Shown: positions 9,763-20,973, numbered from the stretch's first letter. The stretch: 64,000 bases of DNA from an uncultured Alphaproteobacteria bacterium (GCA_949282205.1 CASDOS010000059.1:77922-141921), one strand, 5' to 3'. Translations and numbers: made by a program. The notes: a model not told the origin generated them from the sequence alone.

Positions 9763-10647
9763 ATGAAAGAGCAAGAAACATCGGAAGACGAGTATAAAGA
9801 AAATCATAATCCTGAGCGGAAATTAGGGATTATTGCCGGCGGTGGAGAATTGCCGCATAAAGTGATAGAATGGTGCCGGAAACACTCTCATCCGTACTAT
9901 GCCTTAGCAATAGAAGGAAATGCTGACAAACATATATTTACACCGGATGTGGCGCATGAGTGGATTAGGATAGGTCAGGCAGGAACGGGTTTTAAGCGTT
10001 TTCAGGAAGAGGGTGTGAAAGAGATAGTGCTGATAGGCACAATTAAACGTCCGACTTTTGCGGAATTAGTACCGGATTTCAGAACAGCCGCTTTTTTTGC
10101 AAAATTGGGAGCAAAAGCCTTAGGGGATGACGGAATTTTGCGCGCCTTGGTAAAAGAGATTGAGAACGATGGGATGAAGGTTGTAGGAATACATGAAGTT
10201 GTTCCGGATTTACTGGCGCATACCGGCGTACTGACGAAAAAGAAACCGGATAAAGAAGATGAAGAAGATATCCGCCGCGGTGTGGAAGTAGCAACGGCAT
10301 TGGGAAAATTGGATGTCGGTCAGTCGGTAGTTATTCAACAAGGTCTGGTTCTGGGAATGGAAGGGATAGAAGGTACCGATAAATTGATAAAACGCTGCGC
10401 CGAATATGTGCGTAAAGGCAAAAAGCCGATATTGGTAAAATTGCGTAAACAACAGCAAGATATGCGTATAGATTTGCCGACGATAGGAACAAAGACGATT
10501 GAAAATGCCTACAAAAGCGGATTTAAGGGAATAGCGGTTCATGCCGGAAATACATTGATAGTCAATGAAGAAGAAGTGATAAAGTTAGCCGATAAATATG
10601 GAATGTTTATTAAAGGGATAATACCGACGGAGTATGAAGAATGTTGA
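9763..10647 (+). CDS. lpxI: UDP-2,3-diacylglucosamine pyrophosphatase LpxI
   Basis: LGIIAGGGELP, DVGQSVV, EGIEGTD, QDMRIDLPTIG; directly upstream of lpxB. Confidence 0.92.
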   Translation: MKEQETSEDEYKENHNPERKLGIIAGGGELPHKVIEWCRKHSHPYYALAIEGNADKHIFTPDVAHEWIRIGQAGTGFKRFQEEGVKEIVLIGTIKRPTFAELVPDFRTAAFFAKLGAKALGDDGILRALVKEIENDGMKVVGIHEVVPDLLAHTGVLTKKKPDKEDEEDIRRGVEVATALGKLDVGQSVVIQQGLVLGMEGIEGTDKLIKRCAEYVRKGKKPILVKLRKQQQDMRIDLPTIGTKTIENAYKSGFKGIAVHAGNTLIVNEEEVIKLADKYGMFIKGIIPTEYEEC

Positions 10648-11795
10648 TATATTTGGTAGCCGGAGAGCCATCCGGAGATATGTTGGGCGCACGCCTGATG
10701 CAAGCGATGAGAAAAATTGCTCCTGAAACTGAATTTGCCGGTGTCGGTGGCGAAAATATGGAAAAGGAGGGGCTGACATCGTTATTTGATATAACGGATT
10801 TGGCGGTTATGGGGTTAGCCGAGGTAATTCCGAGTATTCCGAAGGTATTGCGCCATATCAAAGAAACCGTGAATGACATAGCCGAGAAAAAGCCGGATGT
10901 GGTGGTAACCATAGACAGTTGGAGCTTTTCGGAACGTGTGCATAAAGCCTTGCGAAAAAAGGGGATAAAGGTATTGCAGATGCACTACGTTGCGCCACAA
11001 GTTTGGGCTTGGAAAAAGGGCAGAGCCAAGACGATGTATAAATACATTGATCGTTTGTTGACATTGTTCCCCAATGAACCGGCTTATTTTACGCCATATC
11101 ATTTAGAAGCGGATTGCGTCGGACATCCTGTGATAGAAAATCCACTGATTAGTGGAGAGTTACAGGTAAGCGGAAATATAGATACGAAGGATAAACGCTT
11201 GATTTTAATTTTACCCGGCTCACGTCATAATGAAGTGGAAAAGTTATTGCCGACATTTGTTGACGCCACCAAAGAATTGGATAAGAAGTATAATAATTTA
11301 ATGTACGTTTTGCCAACAGTTAAAACAGTAGAAAAGCGAGTAGAGCGAATTTTGACCGAAAAGAATGTGAAAAATATTCGAATTTTACATAGTAGGGAAG
11401 AAAAAGGCGAAGCGATGTTAAAGGCGACGGCGGCGATTGCGGCGTCAGGTACGGTATCGTTGGAATTGGCAATTATGAAAATCCCGCATATTATCGCCTA
11501 TAAAGTAGCACCGTTGACAGCATGGTTGGCGCGTCATTTGCTGAAAATAAAATCGGTAAATTTGCCGAATATCTTGTTGGATGAGAGAGTTGTTCCCGAG
11601 TTATTGCAAGAAGATTGCAATGCCGAAAAAATTGCGGATACAATTGGAGCATATTTAGATATAGAGGCTGTGCGTGAAGAATTTAATCACAAGATGGATA
11701 AGCTGTGTCAAGTAATGGGCGTAGGCGAGTTGAAACCGAGTGAAAAGGCGGCGCAAATCATTTTTGCGGCAATTAGAGATAAAAATAAGGCATAG
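10641..11795 (+). CDS. lpxB: Lipid-A-disaccharide synthase
   Basis: VAGEPSGD, YVAPQVWAWK, VGHP, LPGSR, ASGTVSLE, LPNI. Confidence 0.96.
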   Translation: MLIYLVAGEPSGDMLGARLMQAMRKIAPETEFAGVGGENMEKEGLTSLFDITDLAVMGLAEVIPSIPKVLRHIKETVNDIAEKKPDVVVTIDSWSFSERVHKALRKKGIKVLQMHYVAPQVWAWKKGRAKTMYKYIDRLLTLFPNEPAYFTPYHLEADCVGHPVIENPLISGELQVSGNIDTKDKRLILILPGSRHNEVEKLLPTFVDATKELDKKYNNLMYVLPTVKTVEKRVERILTEKNVKNIRILHSREEKGEAMLKATAAIAASGTVSLELAIMKIPHIIAYKVAPLTAWLARHLLKIKSVNLPNILLDERVVPELLQEDCNAEKIADTIGAYLDIEAVREEFNHKMDKLCQVMGVGELKPSEKAAQIIFAAIRDKNKA

Positions 11796-11798
11796 AGA

Positions 11799-13781
11799 GT
11801 GATTTGGTGGTTAAGAAAACAATGGCTGCGTCTTAAGTTATATGCGGCGGAGAACTATCAAAACGAGGCGGAGAGCCTGATAATCTGGTATGCGGTGAGC
11901 TATGCGTTAGGCGCGTCTTTTTATTTTGCTTTTCCGTGGGAATTGTCGACATGGGTAATTGTCGGGTATTTAGAAGCGGTATTGTTGCTGTTATGGTTGA
12001 CAAGGCGTAAAGACGGACAATTTAAGTTACTGACGTATGTGGCGGTATTCTTGTTGGGACTATGCGTGGCAAAAGCAGATGCGTTGCATCGCGCCAAAGA
12101 CATTGAAAACAATCTTCCTGAAATAAATTATTTGCGAGGCAAAGTTAAAGTATTGGATTACAATTCCAACAATCGTCCGCGTATTTTGCTGACGGATGTA
12201 AACAATTTTGAGCGAGAATTAAAAGGGGAATATCGGATTAGCCTAAATTATTCCGAGCCATGGTTAAAACAAGGTGTTTGCGTCGAGTTAGTGGCAAAAT
12301 TGCCACACGGCTTTACGCCCAATCCGCTCAGCAATTACAAAATGGATAGAGCAAATTTTTATAAAGGATTGAGCGGTACCGGTTATACCATAGGTCCGAT
12401 GTTTCAGATAGCATGTCCCGAAGCAGAAACGACAATAGGCGATAAGATAGAAAGTGCGCGGACATACATCAAAAATCTGATAGAAGAGAAAAGCCTAAAT
12501 AAAGAAGCCGGAGCAATAGCCAAGGCATTAACAATAGGCGACCGAGGTACGATTTCACAAAAATTAAATGAAGATTATCGCACGTCAGGATTGGCTCATT
12601 TCTTGTCTATATCGGGAATGCATATGAGCATTATTGCGTTGTTGGTATTTTTCTTGGTCAGGATTTGCTTATTTCCGATAGGAGAAGGACGTTATGATTT
12701 GCGCAAACCTGCAGCGGTAGTGTCTATATTATTTATGCTGATATATTTTCTGATATCGGGGCAGAGTGTATCGTGTATTAGAGCTTTTGTGATGACGACA
12801 TTGGTCTTGATAGGAGTATTGTTCAATCGGCGCGCCATTTCACTAAGGATGTGGGCATTTGCGGTTTTGGTCGTGGTAACGATAACTCCGGAAGCAGTGG
12901 TGTCACCGGGATTTTTGATGTCGTTTGCAGCAGTACTCGGGCTGGTAGCTTTTTATGAAAAATACGCCAAAGCAATACATCATTGGTTTGATAAAAGAAA
13001 TATGTGGGGAAAATTAGGCTCATATATTGCGGGATTATTGTTGACCGATTTAGTAGCAAGTTTAATGACGTTGCCATACAGTATGTATTATTTTAATCAA
13101 ATCTCTGTTTATACGAGTTTAGGAAATCTGTTGGCAGGGCCGATAATAGCCTTTTGGGTAATGCCGTGTTTGCTGCTGTTTCTGATAAGTTTGCCGTTTG
13201 GCTTGGGAGAATACGGTATAAAACCGTTTGAAAAAGGAATAGAGGTAATAAACAATATCACCGCATGGGTAACGGCGTTGCCCGGTTCCAAAACAGGCGA
13301 GGGCGTGGGCATTTTGCCGGATTGGGGAATTTTGATACTGACATTGGGATTACTATGGCTATGCATTTGGCAGGCAAAATGGCGAGTATGGGGAGTATTA
13401 GGAATAGTATTAGGTATAATGAGTTTATATTTTAGCCCCAAAGCTGATTTTGTGTTTGACAAATACGGAACGACATATGCCTATAAAAATCATCAAGGAA
13501 AATTGGTGGCTTCCCGTTATCATAAAAACAATTTTTTAGAAAAGATGTGGACCGGGCAAAAGACTAAAGGGAAGTATAAAGTTCCGGAAAAGGATGCGAT
13601 AACTTGCGATGAAGAGAGTTGCACTTATGCCGAAAGAATAAGATTCAGCAAAGGAAAAGTAGAGTTGGACGGACAAGAGATAGATTTAAGGGAGGGAGGA
13701 TTTATTAACCTCAGGAACGGTATTTACTACTATAATCCCGAAACCGACCGACTATGGAATAAAAAAGCACAAAGATATTAG
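11799..13781 (+). CDS. comEC: ComEC/Rec2 competence DNA uptake channel
   Basis: SGLAHFLSISGMHM, RAFVM, GFLMSF; multiple TM segments. Confidence 0.92.
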   Translation: MIWWLRKQWLRLKLYAAENYQNEAESLIIWYAVSYALGASFYFAFPWELSTWVIVGYLEAVLLLLWLTRRKDGQFKLLTYVAVFLLGLCVAKADALHRAKDIENNLPEINYLRGKVKVLDYNSNNRPRILLTDVNNFERELKGEYRISLNYSEPWLKQGVCVELVAKLPHGFTPNPLSNYKMDRANFYKGLSGTGYTIGPMFQIACPEAETTIGDKIESARTYIKNLIEEKSLNKEAGAIAKALTIGDRGTISQKLNEDYRTSGLAHFLSISGMHMSIIALLVFFLVRICLFPIGEGRYDLRKPAAVVSILFMLIYFLISGQSVSCIRAFVMTTLVLIGVLFNRRAISLRMWAFAVLVVVTITPEAVVSPGFLMSFAAVLGLVAFYEKYAKAIHHWFDKRNMWGKLGSYIAGLLLTDLVASLMTLPYSMYYFNQISVYTSLGNLLAGPIIAFWVMPCLLLFLISLPFGLGEYGIKPFEKGIEVINNITAWVTALPGSKTGEGVGILPDWGILILTLGLLWLCIWQAKWRVWGVLGIVLGIMSLYFSPKADFVFDKYGTTYAYKNHQGKLVASRYHKNNFLEKMWTGQKTKGKYKVPEKDAITCDEESCTYAERIRFSKGKVELDGQEIDLREGGFINLRNGIYYYNPETDRLWNKKAQRY

Positions 13782-13799
13782 ATAAAACAGCCCGAAAAA

Positions 13800-15638
13800 T
13801 TAGTTCTTTTTAATATCATCAATAATACGCAGGAATTTCTTGGTAGCTTGCTTGGCCGTAAAATACTTAAGTGTAATTTCGCGTGCTTTTGTAGCTTTTT
13901 CGATGCGTTCTTTATCATGAGTTAAGTAATATTGTACCAAGTCGTAGAGTTCCTCATCAGTTCGATACAAGGGGATGCTGTCGCCGTATATTTGTTCAAT
14001 TTCGGGCATATAGTCAGAAATAACGAGTGTTCCGCAGGCGGAAGCATCAAAAATTCGGTTACTGATAAAACCAAATTGTTTCATACCTTCGCGAGTATCA
14101 TTTAGGACAATTTTAGCCGAGCTGTAGTATTTGCGCAAAATTTGATTATCGGCATATTCAGCTTTAGCCACGCCGTCGGACCAATTCGGACCGTAAACGT
14201 CGACATTAACGCCGCGTTTAAGCAAAGCGGGCACAGCGGTACGATAAAAATTATTTATCCCAACAAACAATACTTCGCTTTTCAACTTTTCATCAAAATC
14301 ATAATAAAAACGAGAAGTATTTGTAAACTGAGGAATATAATAAGTCTTGATGCCACGCGCGTTGAGGGTATCACTGATTTTTTGAGAGGCAACAATCAAT
14401 GCCTGTACTTTTTGCGAGGATTGTTGTAAGGTTTTCAGATAATCTTCAAAAGGAGGAAGCAACTCTTGCGTTTCATTTTGTGCAAATTGCGCATAAGCCA
14501 GATAAAGAATATTGTAATTAGCTTTTAAGTTGTAGTCTTCAGGAGGAAGAAAACCTCGGAACAGGATATTGATTTCAGATGGATATCTATAGAGCGAGTT
14601 ATAAAAAACAAAATCAACGGAAGTCATATCTTGTTTCAGATAATGAGCTAAGTCTTGGGCGAGAGCATAATCACCGGCGGTATAATGTCCCACAGCTGTT
14701 GGAATACTGATTGTTACAGTATCTTGAGCCGGTGAAAAAAATTGCGCTAAAGTATCACTATTCGTATTTTGAGCAAGAATTCTCTCCAAATTACGTTGCA
14801 AAGTAAATTCACGTTCCACCAATTTCGCCGCATTTCTAGACCGTTCGCTAAATTTATTGTCATTTTGCAAAAAATTACGAAGCATTGTTTCAAAATCAAG
14901 TTCGTCTTGGTAAAAAGACACGCAATCATTAAATAAGTTGATAGTATCCTCTTGGGGCCAAATCCATGGCGCAAAGATAGGAATTCTATTTAGGGCAATT
15001 TCTAAAAAAATCGGATGAATATCAACAGAAGAAGAGTTAATCCTTGTGGATTGCACAAAAGCAGCACGCCAATAAGGTAAATCTTGACGAATGCTGGGCA
15101 TATCCGATGTGACGTCGTATTGCTTGAAGGGCAAGTTGTGATGCTCTAAGATATTTTTAATTTGGGGTTGCTCTCCGATAATTGCAAAATATTTTTGAGA
15201 GGTAGCAGGGGAATTCTTTTTATCAAGAGAAAAAGTGGGAACATAGAGGGCGGAAATATGAAGAGAGTTTAAAAAAGATTGCAACATCGGGGTAGATGCC
15301 CACACAGCATAATATTCAGATAAATTAGCATCTAGTAAATTTTGCTGAGAACCGTACCAAAGTATAGCACATTTCTTTTCTTGCGCAGATAAATCAGGTA
15401 ATTGATTTATCTGAGCCCAATTAACGGGATAAATAGTTATATTAGCACAATCTTTATGTTTTAATTTCTCTAAAAACGGAGAGTGATTTAATCCATCTGC
15501 AAGAGCTTGTGCATATGGCGCCATTTCAACAGAACTCTGTCCGACAAGAAAATAAGTAGAAGATTTATGATAAAACCAAACAAAAGCCATTCCGCAAAAA
15601 ATAACAAAAAGAACTAAAATCTTGCGGTATGGGTGCAT
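13800..15638 (-). CDS. Glycosyltransferase with CgeB-like (GT-B) C-terminal domain and N-terminal membrane anchor
   Basis: YYSSAKIVLND...SNRIFDASACGTLVISD motif; a degenerate similar domain in the N-half. Confidence 0.8.
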   Translation of the reverse strand: MHPYRKILVLFVIFCGMAFVWFYHKSSTYFLVGQSSVEMAPYAQALADGLNHSPFLEKLKHKDCANITIYPVNWAQINQLPDLSAQEKKCAILWYGSQQNLLDANLSEYYAVWASTPMLQSFLNSLHISALYVPTFSLDKKNSPATSQKYFAIIGEQPQIKNILEHHNLPFKQYDVTSDMPSIRQDLPYWRAAFVQSTRINSSSVDIHPIFLEIALNRIPIFAPWIWPQEDTINLFNDCVSFYQDELDFETMLRNFLQNDNKFSERSRNAAKLVEREFTLQRNLERILAQNTNSDTLAQFFSPAQDTVTISIPTAVGHYTAGDYALAQDLAHYLKQDMTSVDFVFYNSLYRYPSEINILFRGFLPPEDYNLKANYNILYLAYAQFAQNETQELLPPFEDYLKTLQQSSQKVQALIVASQKISDTLNARGIKTYYIPQFTNTSRFYYDFDEKLKSEVLFVGINNFYRTAVPALLKRGVNVDVYGPNWSDGVAKAEYADNQILRKYYSSAKIVLNDTREGMKQFGFISNRIFDASACGTLVISDYMPEIEQIYGDSIPLYRTDEELYDLVQYYLTHDKERIEKATKAREITLKYFTAKQATKKFLRIIDDIKKN

Positions 15639-15652
15639 GGCAAACTCCTCTG

Positions 15653-16501
15653 TTATTTATTTTGAGAGGCGGCTTTAATTGTATCTGCAATTTGTTTTTG
15701 AATATCTTCCGGAGAAACTGTCTTACCGTTAAGCCCTTTAAGTACATTAATCATTTGTGATTGAGCTTTTTGTAACTGTTCAGGAGATAAATTTGCACTT
15801 TGTCCCTGAGTGAGAACCTGATTCATAATATTATCAATCGTAGCGCGTTGTTGTACTTGTTGTGACCAATCTTCTAATTTAGCTCCGGTAACGGCAATCC
15901 AAACCAATAAAATCAAAATAGATAAAAATCTGAACTTGTGGATAATTCTATCATTATCATCGCCATAAACCTCATCACTTTCATTAGGCTCTCCATAAAA
16001 TCCAGTTCGTTCATCGGTTTCTGCGGATAAAATTTTGATAAGCAAGACACTCCAAGCAATCAGCAAAGCCAAAGCGAGGTATAAACCGATAAAAAATCCG
16101 GACATCGCCAAAATAGCCAAAGGTAATAAAAACAGGACGGCATTTTTGTTTGTATCATGAATACGCCGCGCCGTAACTGCCAAAGTCGGTAAAAAAGTAG
16201 CAGCCGTGAAATAATAAGGAAGCAAGGGCATTTCGGCATACTCGCAAATAAAATAAAAAGGTACCCAAATAAGAGCTGCGGCCACCATAAAGCCCCAAAA
16301 TTCGAGTCTTGTAGCTCTGCCGCGAAAACGAAGATATTTTCCGGTAATATCTCTGAGATAATAATCAAAAGCATCACCCCAAGCGGAACTCATATGAGTT
16401 TTATCAATTTTCGGTCGTTGAACTTTATCTTTTTTTATATTAGCCTCAGAAGAATTTTTTTCATCATCTTCAACCAAGATATCTTTATCTTTAATAAGCA
16501 T
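15653..16501 (-). CDS. DUF805 family membrane protein
   Basis: FRGRATRLEFW and PTLAVTARRIHD motifs. Confidence 0.85.
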   Translation of the reverse strand: MLIKDKDILVEDDEKNSSEANIKKDKVQRPKIDKTHMSSAWGDAFDYYLRDITGKYLRFRGRATRLEFWGFMVAAALIWVPFYFICEYAEMPLLPYYFTAATFLPTLAVTARRIHDTNKNAVLFLLPLAILAMSGFFIGLYLALALLIAWSVLLIKILSAETDERTGFYGEPNESDEVYGDDNDRIIHKFRFLSILILLVWIAVTGAKLEDWSQQVQQRATIDNIMNQVLTQGQSANLSPEQLQKAQSQMINVLKGLNGKTVSPEDIQKQIADTIKAASQNK

Positions 16502-16530
16502 ATAAGACCTCCGTTAGCAGCTCAGGGATA

Positions 16531-17481
16531 TTACGATTTACGATTTTTCAAAGATTTTTTCTTAACAGGTTCCTTTTTCGCATCCGCTTTGCCAAGATTA
16601 TTTTCAGCAATTATGGTCGAATAATTTTCAGAAGCAGATAAGTCGGAAACAAATTGATTATCATCATCAGAAACAATACTCTCCTTGGTGGAATCATCAT
16701 TATTTCCAGTTTCAGCCACAAATTTATCAAGCAGATTGCGTTTTTGTTTTTTCGGAATCGTAATATCGGATTTATCTTTTTTATTCTGAGGAAAGTTATA
16801 GAAGAAGTCATACATTTTGAAATAGAGGATACTGACAAAAGCAAGCAAAGCGGCCCGAGCGACAGCAGCGACATAGATATTAACAAACGTCAACAAGAAC
16901 ATAATCAAGATGAGCGCTGCCAGCGCGGTAAAAGCAGTCACGGCAATACTGACCAAGCTACCTTTTGCTTTTGAAAAAGCAAAGAGTAGCGAATGACTTT
17001 TACCAGTAATTTCGGAAACAAAGGTAAACGAAGGGACAATAAAGAACGTGACGAACAATAGGAAAATACAAATATATTTACCGAGTAACCACCAAGGTCC
17101 GCCCAAAATAGCTTTAGTAATGGCAAAACCGAGCTCACCAAAAATATCTTTAACAAACGCGATAGCGAAGTTAATAGCCAAAGAAGCCACAAAGATAGAG
17201 AATAAAAAAATGAATACGGCAGTCAAAAAACGGATACTAGCGGCAATAAACAACTGTTTATCCCAAAGGATTTGTTGTTTAAAGTAGCAACCTGTAGCAA
17301 AATAGAAAAAGATATACATATAGATAAGGGAAATAAGTTTAAAAGAAGAAGCGCCCAAAAGGATGGGCAACAGACTTCCGGTAAAATAAAAAATTGTCAG
17401 AAAGGCAAAAGCGAACAAATGGCTCAAGACATAACGATAAGTATTTCTGTAAACTTTCCTGACTGACAATTTTTCCTGCAT
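16531..17481 (-). CDS. Hypothetical integral membrane protein
   Basis: About 6 hydrophobic segments and a charged tail; in operon after accC. Confidence 0.7.
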   Translation of the reverse strand: MQEKLSVRKVYRNTYRYVLSHLFAFAFLTIFYFTGSLLPILLGASSFKLISLIYMYIFFYFATGCYFKQQILWDKQLFIAASIRFLTAVFIFLFSIFVASLAINFAIAFVKDIFGELGFAITKAILGGPWWLLGKYICIFLLFVTFFIVPSFTFVSEITGKSHSLLFAFSKAKGSLVSIAVTAFTALAALILIMFLLTFVNIYVAAVARAALLAFVSILYFKMYDFFYNFPQNKKDKSDITIPKKQKRNLLDKFVAETGNNDDSTKESIVSDDDNQFVSDLSASENYSTIIAENNLGKADAKKEPVKKKSLKNRKS

Positions 17482-17490
17482 AGCAACAAC

Positions 17491-18834
17491 CTATTTCTGA
17501 CGTTTATTCATATATTCGGTTAACCAATGGATATTATACTGACCATCAATAAATTCATTTTGAGAAATAATCTCCTGATGAAGCGGGATAGTCGTTTTAA
17601 CCCCCATGATAATAAACTCTTCCAACGCTCTGCGCAAGCGCATCAAAGCAGCATTACGAGTTCTGGCATGAACAATAAGTTTCGCAATCATACTATCGTA
17701 ATAAGGAGGAATAGAGTAACCGGAATAGATTTCGGAATCGACACGGATACCCAATCCTCCGGGCGCATGCCATTCGGTAATTTTACCAGGGCAAGGCGCA
17801 AAAGTTTCGGGATCTTCGGCATTAATACGGCACTCAATAGCGTGACCTCTGAATTTAATATCGTCCTGAGTATAACCGAGAGCAGCGCCGGAAGCGATAC
17901 GAATTTGCTCTTTAACAATATCAATACCCGAAACAGCTTCGGTAATCGGGTGTTCAACCTGAAGACGAGTATTCATTTCCAAGAAATAGAATTTACCGTC
18001 TTCAAACATAAATTCAAGAGTACCGGCGTTTTGGTAACCGATTTTCTGAATAGCGTTACGAACGATATCACCGATTTCCTTTCTCTGCGATTGGTTTAAG
18101 GCAGGGGAAGGGCATTCCTCGATAACTTTTTGGTGATTACGCTGAATAGAACAATCACGTTCGCCCAAATGAACAACGTTACCATATTTATCGGCTAAAA
18201 TTTGCATTTCGATATGACGAGGATGTTGCAAATATTTCTCCATATAAACGACATCGGAAGGGAATGCGGCCTTAGCCTCAGCCCGCGCCATAGTATAGGC
18301 CTCAGCGATTTCCGCATCGGAGAAAGCTGTTTTCATACCTTTACCACCGCCGCCGTCTTTAGCTTTAATAATAACGGGATAACCGATTTTATTAGCCCAT
18401 TCTTTAGCATGTTCGACACTCTCCAACGCTGGAGAACCTGGAGTAACGGGAAGACCTGCCTCAATAGCGGCTTTACGAGCGGTAATTTTATCCCCGAGCA
18501 AGCGCATTTGTTCAGCGGTAGGACCGATAAAAGTAATACCGTGTTTTTCGACCATTTCTGCAAAATCTGCATTTTCGGACAAGAAACCGAAACCCGGGTG
18601 AATAGCATCAGCGCCGGTAATAAGTGCGGCAGAGATAATTGCGGGTTTATTAAGATAAGATTCGGAAGAGCGAGCGGGACCGATACAAACAGCCTCATCA
18701 GCCAAGCGGACGTGCATAGCGTTAGCGTCGGCTTCGGAGTGAACAGCAACGGTTCTGATACCCATTTCTCTGCAAGCGCGATGGATTCTCAGCGCGACTT
18801 CACCACGGTTAGCAATTAAAACTTTTTCAAACAT
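17491..18834 (-). CDS. accC: Acetyl-CoA carboxylase biotin carboxylase
   Basis: KVLIANRGE, IHPGFGFLSEN, GGGGKGM, EMNTRLQVEHP, PPYYDSMIAKL. Confidence 0.98.
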   Translation of the reverse strand: MFEKVLIANRGEVALRIHRACREMGIRTVAVHSEADANAMHVRLADEAVCIGPARSSESYLNKPAIISAALITGADAIHPGFGFLSENADFAEMVEKHGITFIGPTAEQMRLLGDKITARKAAIEAGLPVTPGSPALESVEHAKEWANKIGYPVIIKAKDGGGGKGMKTAFSDAEIAEAYTMARAEAKAAFPSDVVYMEKYLQHPRHIEMQILADKYGNVVHLGERDCSIQRNHQKVIEECPSPALNQSQRKEIGDIVRNAIQKIGYQNAGTLEFMFEDGKFYFLEMNTRLQVEHPITEAVSGIDIVKEQIRIASGAALGYTQDDIKFRGHAIECRINAEDPETFAPCPGKITEWHAPGGLGIRVDSEIYSGYSIPPYYDSMIAKLIVHARTRNAALMRLRRALEEFIIMGVKTTIPLHQEIISQNEFIDGQYNIHWLTEYMNKRQK

Positions 18835-18877
18835 TTTTTAAATCCTAAATTAGTAAGTTTTATAGTTTCGATAAAGA

Positions 18878-19366
18878 TTATTCAATTACCACCAAAGGTT
18901 CGCCATATTCAACGGGATCACCGGACTCAACCAAAACTTTAACAACTTTACCGCCTTTATGCGCTTTAACGGGATTAAAAGTTTTCATAGCCTCGACCAA
19001 GCAAACGGTATCACCTTCTGCGACAGTATCACCAGGTTTAACATAGTTAGGGGATTTAGGATCGGCGGACAAGTAGACAACACCGACCATAGGAGATTTA
19101 ACGGCATTTGGGCTGTTTGTATAATCGACATCTTGATTATCGTAAGATTCAGCGACATTTGTCGGAGGTATGGAAGCAGCCGGAGCAACGGGAGCCGGAG
19201 CGACAGGAGCAACGGGAGCATAAGCGCCGGCAACAGCGACGCCTGCGGGATTTCTAACCAAAGAGATTCTGCAGCTTTCATCTTCATATTCTAATTCAGT
19301 AAGGTTTGTTTTATCTAAGATTTCAGCCAGTCTGCTAATTATTTTAGTATCTAAGGGATTAGACAT
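18878..19366 (-). CDS. accB: Biotin carboxyl carrier protein
   Basis: Ala/Pro linker, SPMVG, EAMKTFN biotinylation motif. Confidence 0.97.
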   Translation of the reverse strand: MSNPLDTKIISRLAEILDKTNLTELEYEDESCRISLVRNPAGVAVAGAYAPVAPVAPAPVAPAASIPPTNVAESYDNQDVDYTNSPNAVKSPMVGVVYLSADPKSPNYVKPGDTVAEGDTVCLVEAMKTFNPVKAHKGGKVVKVLVESGDPVEYGEPLVVIE

Positions 19367-19633
19367 AGTTATCCTCTCAATTAAAAAATTAAATCTGCAC
19401 CATCTTTAACGCAGTTACGAAAAAAAACAAGCATTTTCTTCAAAAAACTCCCAGACATGAGCATAATAGTAATAAGTTTTACTTGTTTTCAATAGGTTAA
19501 TAAGGGAGTGCGGAAGCATTGATATAAATATAGCAATAAGTGCGGTAAATGTGAATATCAACACAAAAAAAGTTGCAGTATAAATATCTGAATTTTACCA
19601 TAGGCTTATCAACTCTAAAAAGAGCAGAATAAA

Positions 19634-20617
19634 ATGTTAAACAAATTTCAAATAATAAAAATATTTATATTACTCCTATTTTTAGAAAAAGGGATTTCCC
19701 TAGCTTATGGAGTTAATACTTCAACAGTCCAGAACCTTGATTTTGGAACGATTGTTCAAACATCAGATAACGTGACTGTAGTTGTGGATACAAATGGGTC
19801 AATTACAAGTATAAACGGATGTATTCATAGCGGTACGGCAACAATAGGTGAAGGCTTGATGGAGGCAGTAGATACAAACTATATATCCGAGCGTATAGAG
19901 AATCTTAAAATAAGCTCAGGAAGTCCTCTGATATTTGATAATGGATGCAAAATAGAAGTAATTAACCCAACAACTAGTACAGAAAATAAACCTTTTCAAA
20001 TAACGCGACGTTGGTCTATCTGTGCAGGTATACCTAATTCCTATAATATTGATGTGGGAGGGACATTAAGGATAACGGGAGGCTATTGTCCGGAAGGAAC
20101 GCACACAATTAACCTTGTACCAAATTGGACAGAGATGCATTGTACCGGTGGGTGGATAAGAGATTGCTACTGCCAAGATAATCCAGAAAGCAAAAGTGGT
20201 GTGCTGACAGCCTCTGTGACGATAAAAAATTCACTAAGCGTGCAAGAAACACAGAGTCTTGATTTCGGGACAATTATTGCAATGCCACAGCCGCAAAGCA
20301 TAAAAATGAGTACAAATGGTCAGCGCAGCGGCGGCATAATGACGCAATACGATACGACGGGGCAGCAGGGGATATTTACAATAACGGGAGCACCGGAACA
20401 TCAAGTAAGCATCAATGTTCCACCGTCCACCGAAATACAAAATCTCAACGGAACGGCATTAAATGTGACGCTTAATTCGGATACAAATTCGGTCATGTTG
20501 CAAGAAGCGGGCGGCACCGGCATGGCAACATTTTCTGTTGGAGGTACGTTAGTGGTAAATGCAAACCAAGAGCAAGGAGAATATCAAGGTACATATACCG
20601 TGAGTGTAAATTATTAG
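19634..20617 (+). CDS. Secreted tandem DUF4402-like (pilin/adhesin-like) protein
   Basis: Signal peptide; two domains beginning Q.LDFGTI; C-terminus F.VGGTL.V...Q..G.Y.GTY.VSVNY. Confidence 0.7.
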   Translation: MLNKFQIIKIFILLLFLEKGISLAYGVNTSTVQNLDFGTIVQTSDNVTVVVDTNGSITSINGCIHSGTATIGEGLMEAVDTNYISERIENLKISSGSPLIFDNGCKIEVINPTTSTENKPFQITRRWSICAGIPNSYNIDVGGTLRITGGYCPEGTHTINLVPNWTEMHCTGGWIRDCYCQDNPESKSGVLTASVTIKNSLSVQETQSLDFGTIIAMPQPQSIKMSTNGQRSGGIMTQYDTTGQQGIFTITGAPEHQVSINVPPSTEIQNLNGTALNVTLNSDTNSVMLQEAGGTGMATFSVGGTLVVNANQEQGEYQGTYTVSVNY

Positions 20618-20702
20618 CATAAAATAAACCAAATTAAAACAACAAGATACAGATTAAAAGGCTAAAAAAATAAAAAATATTCACAAAAAACAAAAAAAAT
20701 AC

Positions 20703-20731
20703 TTGCCAACAGAAAAAAAGTTATATATAAA
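20703..20731 (+). promoter_or_regulatory. Sigma70 promoter of tRNA-Phe
   Basis: TTGCCA-17 bp-TATAAA, 14 nt upstream of the tRNA. Confidence 0.65.
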
Positions 20732-20744
20732 CCTAACTCGTGGC

Positions 20745-20821
<77 letters not shown>

Positions 20822-20824
20822 TTT

Positions 20825-20851
20825 AAAAGCCCTGCGGAAGCGGGGTTTTTT
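20825..20851 (+). terminator. Intrinsic terminator after tRNA-Phe
   Basis: GCCCTGC-ggaa-GCGGGGT followed by a T run. Confidence 0.75.
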
Positions 20852-20973
20852 CGTATCTGTAACAAAACGAAAATAAGATTTAGCATAAATTTTAATTGAC
20901 AAAATAATAAGAACCCGCTATTTTGCAGGAGCTTTAATTATTTTTATGTCTAATTTTAAAAAAGTTATGTCTT

